A DNA stretch of 63,185 nt, filler included, from Choristocarpus tenellus KU-1152 (lineage: Eukaryota > Protista > Phaeophyceae): NCBI GenBank assembly GCA_964200185.2. It is 14 parts of 14 records of this genome, joined end to end, with 100 filler letters (N's around TTAATTAATTAA, not from the genome) between each part and the next. Parts side by side here need not be neighbours in the genome. Positions count along the whole stretch, not along the records: positions 60,334 to 63,185 come from CAXNAD020024191.1; 13 more parts are not named here. The stretch is one strand, 5' to 3'. This document shows, piece by piece, positions 62,044-63,185 of the stretch (within the stretch, counting starts at the first letter, position 1; every line of letters starts with the position of its first letter). The translations under genes were made by a program, and so were the position numbers. Under the pieces are notes generated by a model that searched no databases, had not been told where the DNA came from, and was given only the letters and a program-made list of their open reading frames with translations.

Positions 62044-63091
62044 CTCCTTGAGACACTGTTCGTAGGACATATGTTCGGTTTTTTTATTCTTATGGTTGCG
62101 CCCATCACTCCCCCTCCAGCCTTTCCTTCCTGCTGTCGGGATAACATTACCTCTGCCCATCCTTGGTGACATTGTACCTCCAAAAAACTTCGTATCACCT
62201 TTCCCTCCCCGGCCAACGGCAGCATCCCCCTCTTGCCTGCCTTGAGTGTCCCGCTTGCCAAAAGTATCCCCTCTGCCTCCGGTGCCCCTGCCCTCGCTGT
62301 TGTCATGGCCATTACATTTCAAGTTGCTTGCGCCCCCGTGCCTTCCATCATCTCTTGAATTGCTGCGATCACCGCCCCCCTTTTGAGCCCCTTTGTCATC
62401 ATCAGATAGCCGAATGCATTTGAGAGCAAAGGGTCTCCTATCATCCTGGATGGCCAAGATGGGGTGGTGGTGCGTGGGGAAGGGCAGAGCAAGACAAATG
62501 AAAAAAAAAAGGAAGAGATTGTAATTCCTGGTATGCATGCGCCTGTTGTTGGTGTAAAAAAAAAAAAGTAGGAAGTGATCGTATTTATCACTCATTCATC
62601 TACTCTGAAAAGAAAAAGTCATGAAAAAAAAATATATATATATGTTGCATCTACTGTTCCACGTTTAATAAATATGTGCCAAGCTTGTCTAAGTGCAACA
62701 ATCTCAATATGATGAGTGACCAAAGCATACATGAACTCTGCATACACACACGCATACACGCCTTCTGTACCTATCACAAAAGAAGTCATGACATCCACAC
62801 CGCTGGCAAACAGGGATGTACCCATGGCAAGTGCTCTGGCAACGGACCATGGAACATAAAAGAGCAACACACCTCACCCACCAACCTCCCACATCACTAC
62901 AATTTCCCTGTTTTTTGCTCCCATCTGTCTTCCATACTAACACACGCCTTCCTTTCTGCATAGAAGACAGTGGAGAAACGCCCTCTTCCAACCAAATGCA
63001 ACTCCTCGAAGTCTGACAGGCTCCCTTGGTCGTTGGAATGGGGACCCCATTCCCCACTCAGGTCATCTGCTTCTAGACCCTCTCGGCGGTC
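62044..63091 (-). CDS. Ser/Thr protein kinase, NEK6/NEK7-like N-lobe, 2 exons
   Basis: Exons 63091-62948 and 62445-62044 give LSDFEELHLVGRGRFSTVFYAERK|DDRRPFALKCIRL...YEQCLKE. These are the Gly-loop, beta3 Lys and alphaC Glu (cf. NEK7 IGRGQFSEVY..VALKK..DCIKE). Confidence 0.8.
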
Positions 63092-63185
63092 CTGAAAGAC
63101 CCCCCCCCCCCCCCCAAAGGAAAAAAAAAACGAGGTCTCGTCCCAATAATGAAAAATTTTTCTCCATCCTGCCTTCATCGCCACA

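Overview
Intron-rich, repeat-rich eukaryotic nuclear DNA. It is most likely a stramenopile, plausibly a brown alga or close relative. This is inferred from TTAGGG-type repeats, short exons and a carbamoyl-phosphate synthetase with a mitochondrial-type presequence; it cannot be proven here. The window is NOT one locus. It is 14 short contigs joined by 13 artificial 100-nt linkers (N44-TTAATTAATTAA-N44), so neighbourhood across linkers has no biological meaning. Manual splicing reconstructs parts of eight genes: an unknown protein, mitochondrial-type CPS, an MFS transporter head-to-head with ArfGAP1, FAN1 nuclease, a TPR protein, a secreted Ca-binding EGF protein, and a NEK6/7-like kinase with a probable GC-AG intron. 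Mobile DNA comprises a decayed Ty1/copia element, two truncated CRE-type (RLE) non-LTR retrotransposons, a probable Harbinger transposase remnant, and two MITE families sharing a CAAAGTATCT terminal core. The most notable signals are (i) a 144-bp-stem foldback built from a protein-coding-like fragment, with G:U-biased mismatches (candidate young hairpin/miRNA locus); (ii) a MITE family whose target-site duplications vary between 3 and 4 bp; and (iii) a degenerate ~120-bp-period array of 11-12 units. No tRNA, rRNA or CRISPR array was recognised, and no new multi-gene system can be supported.
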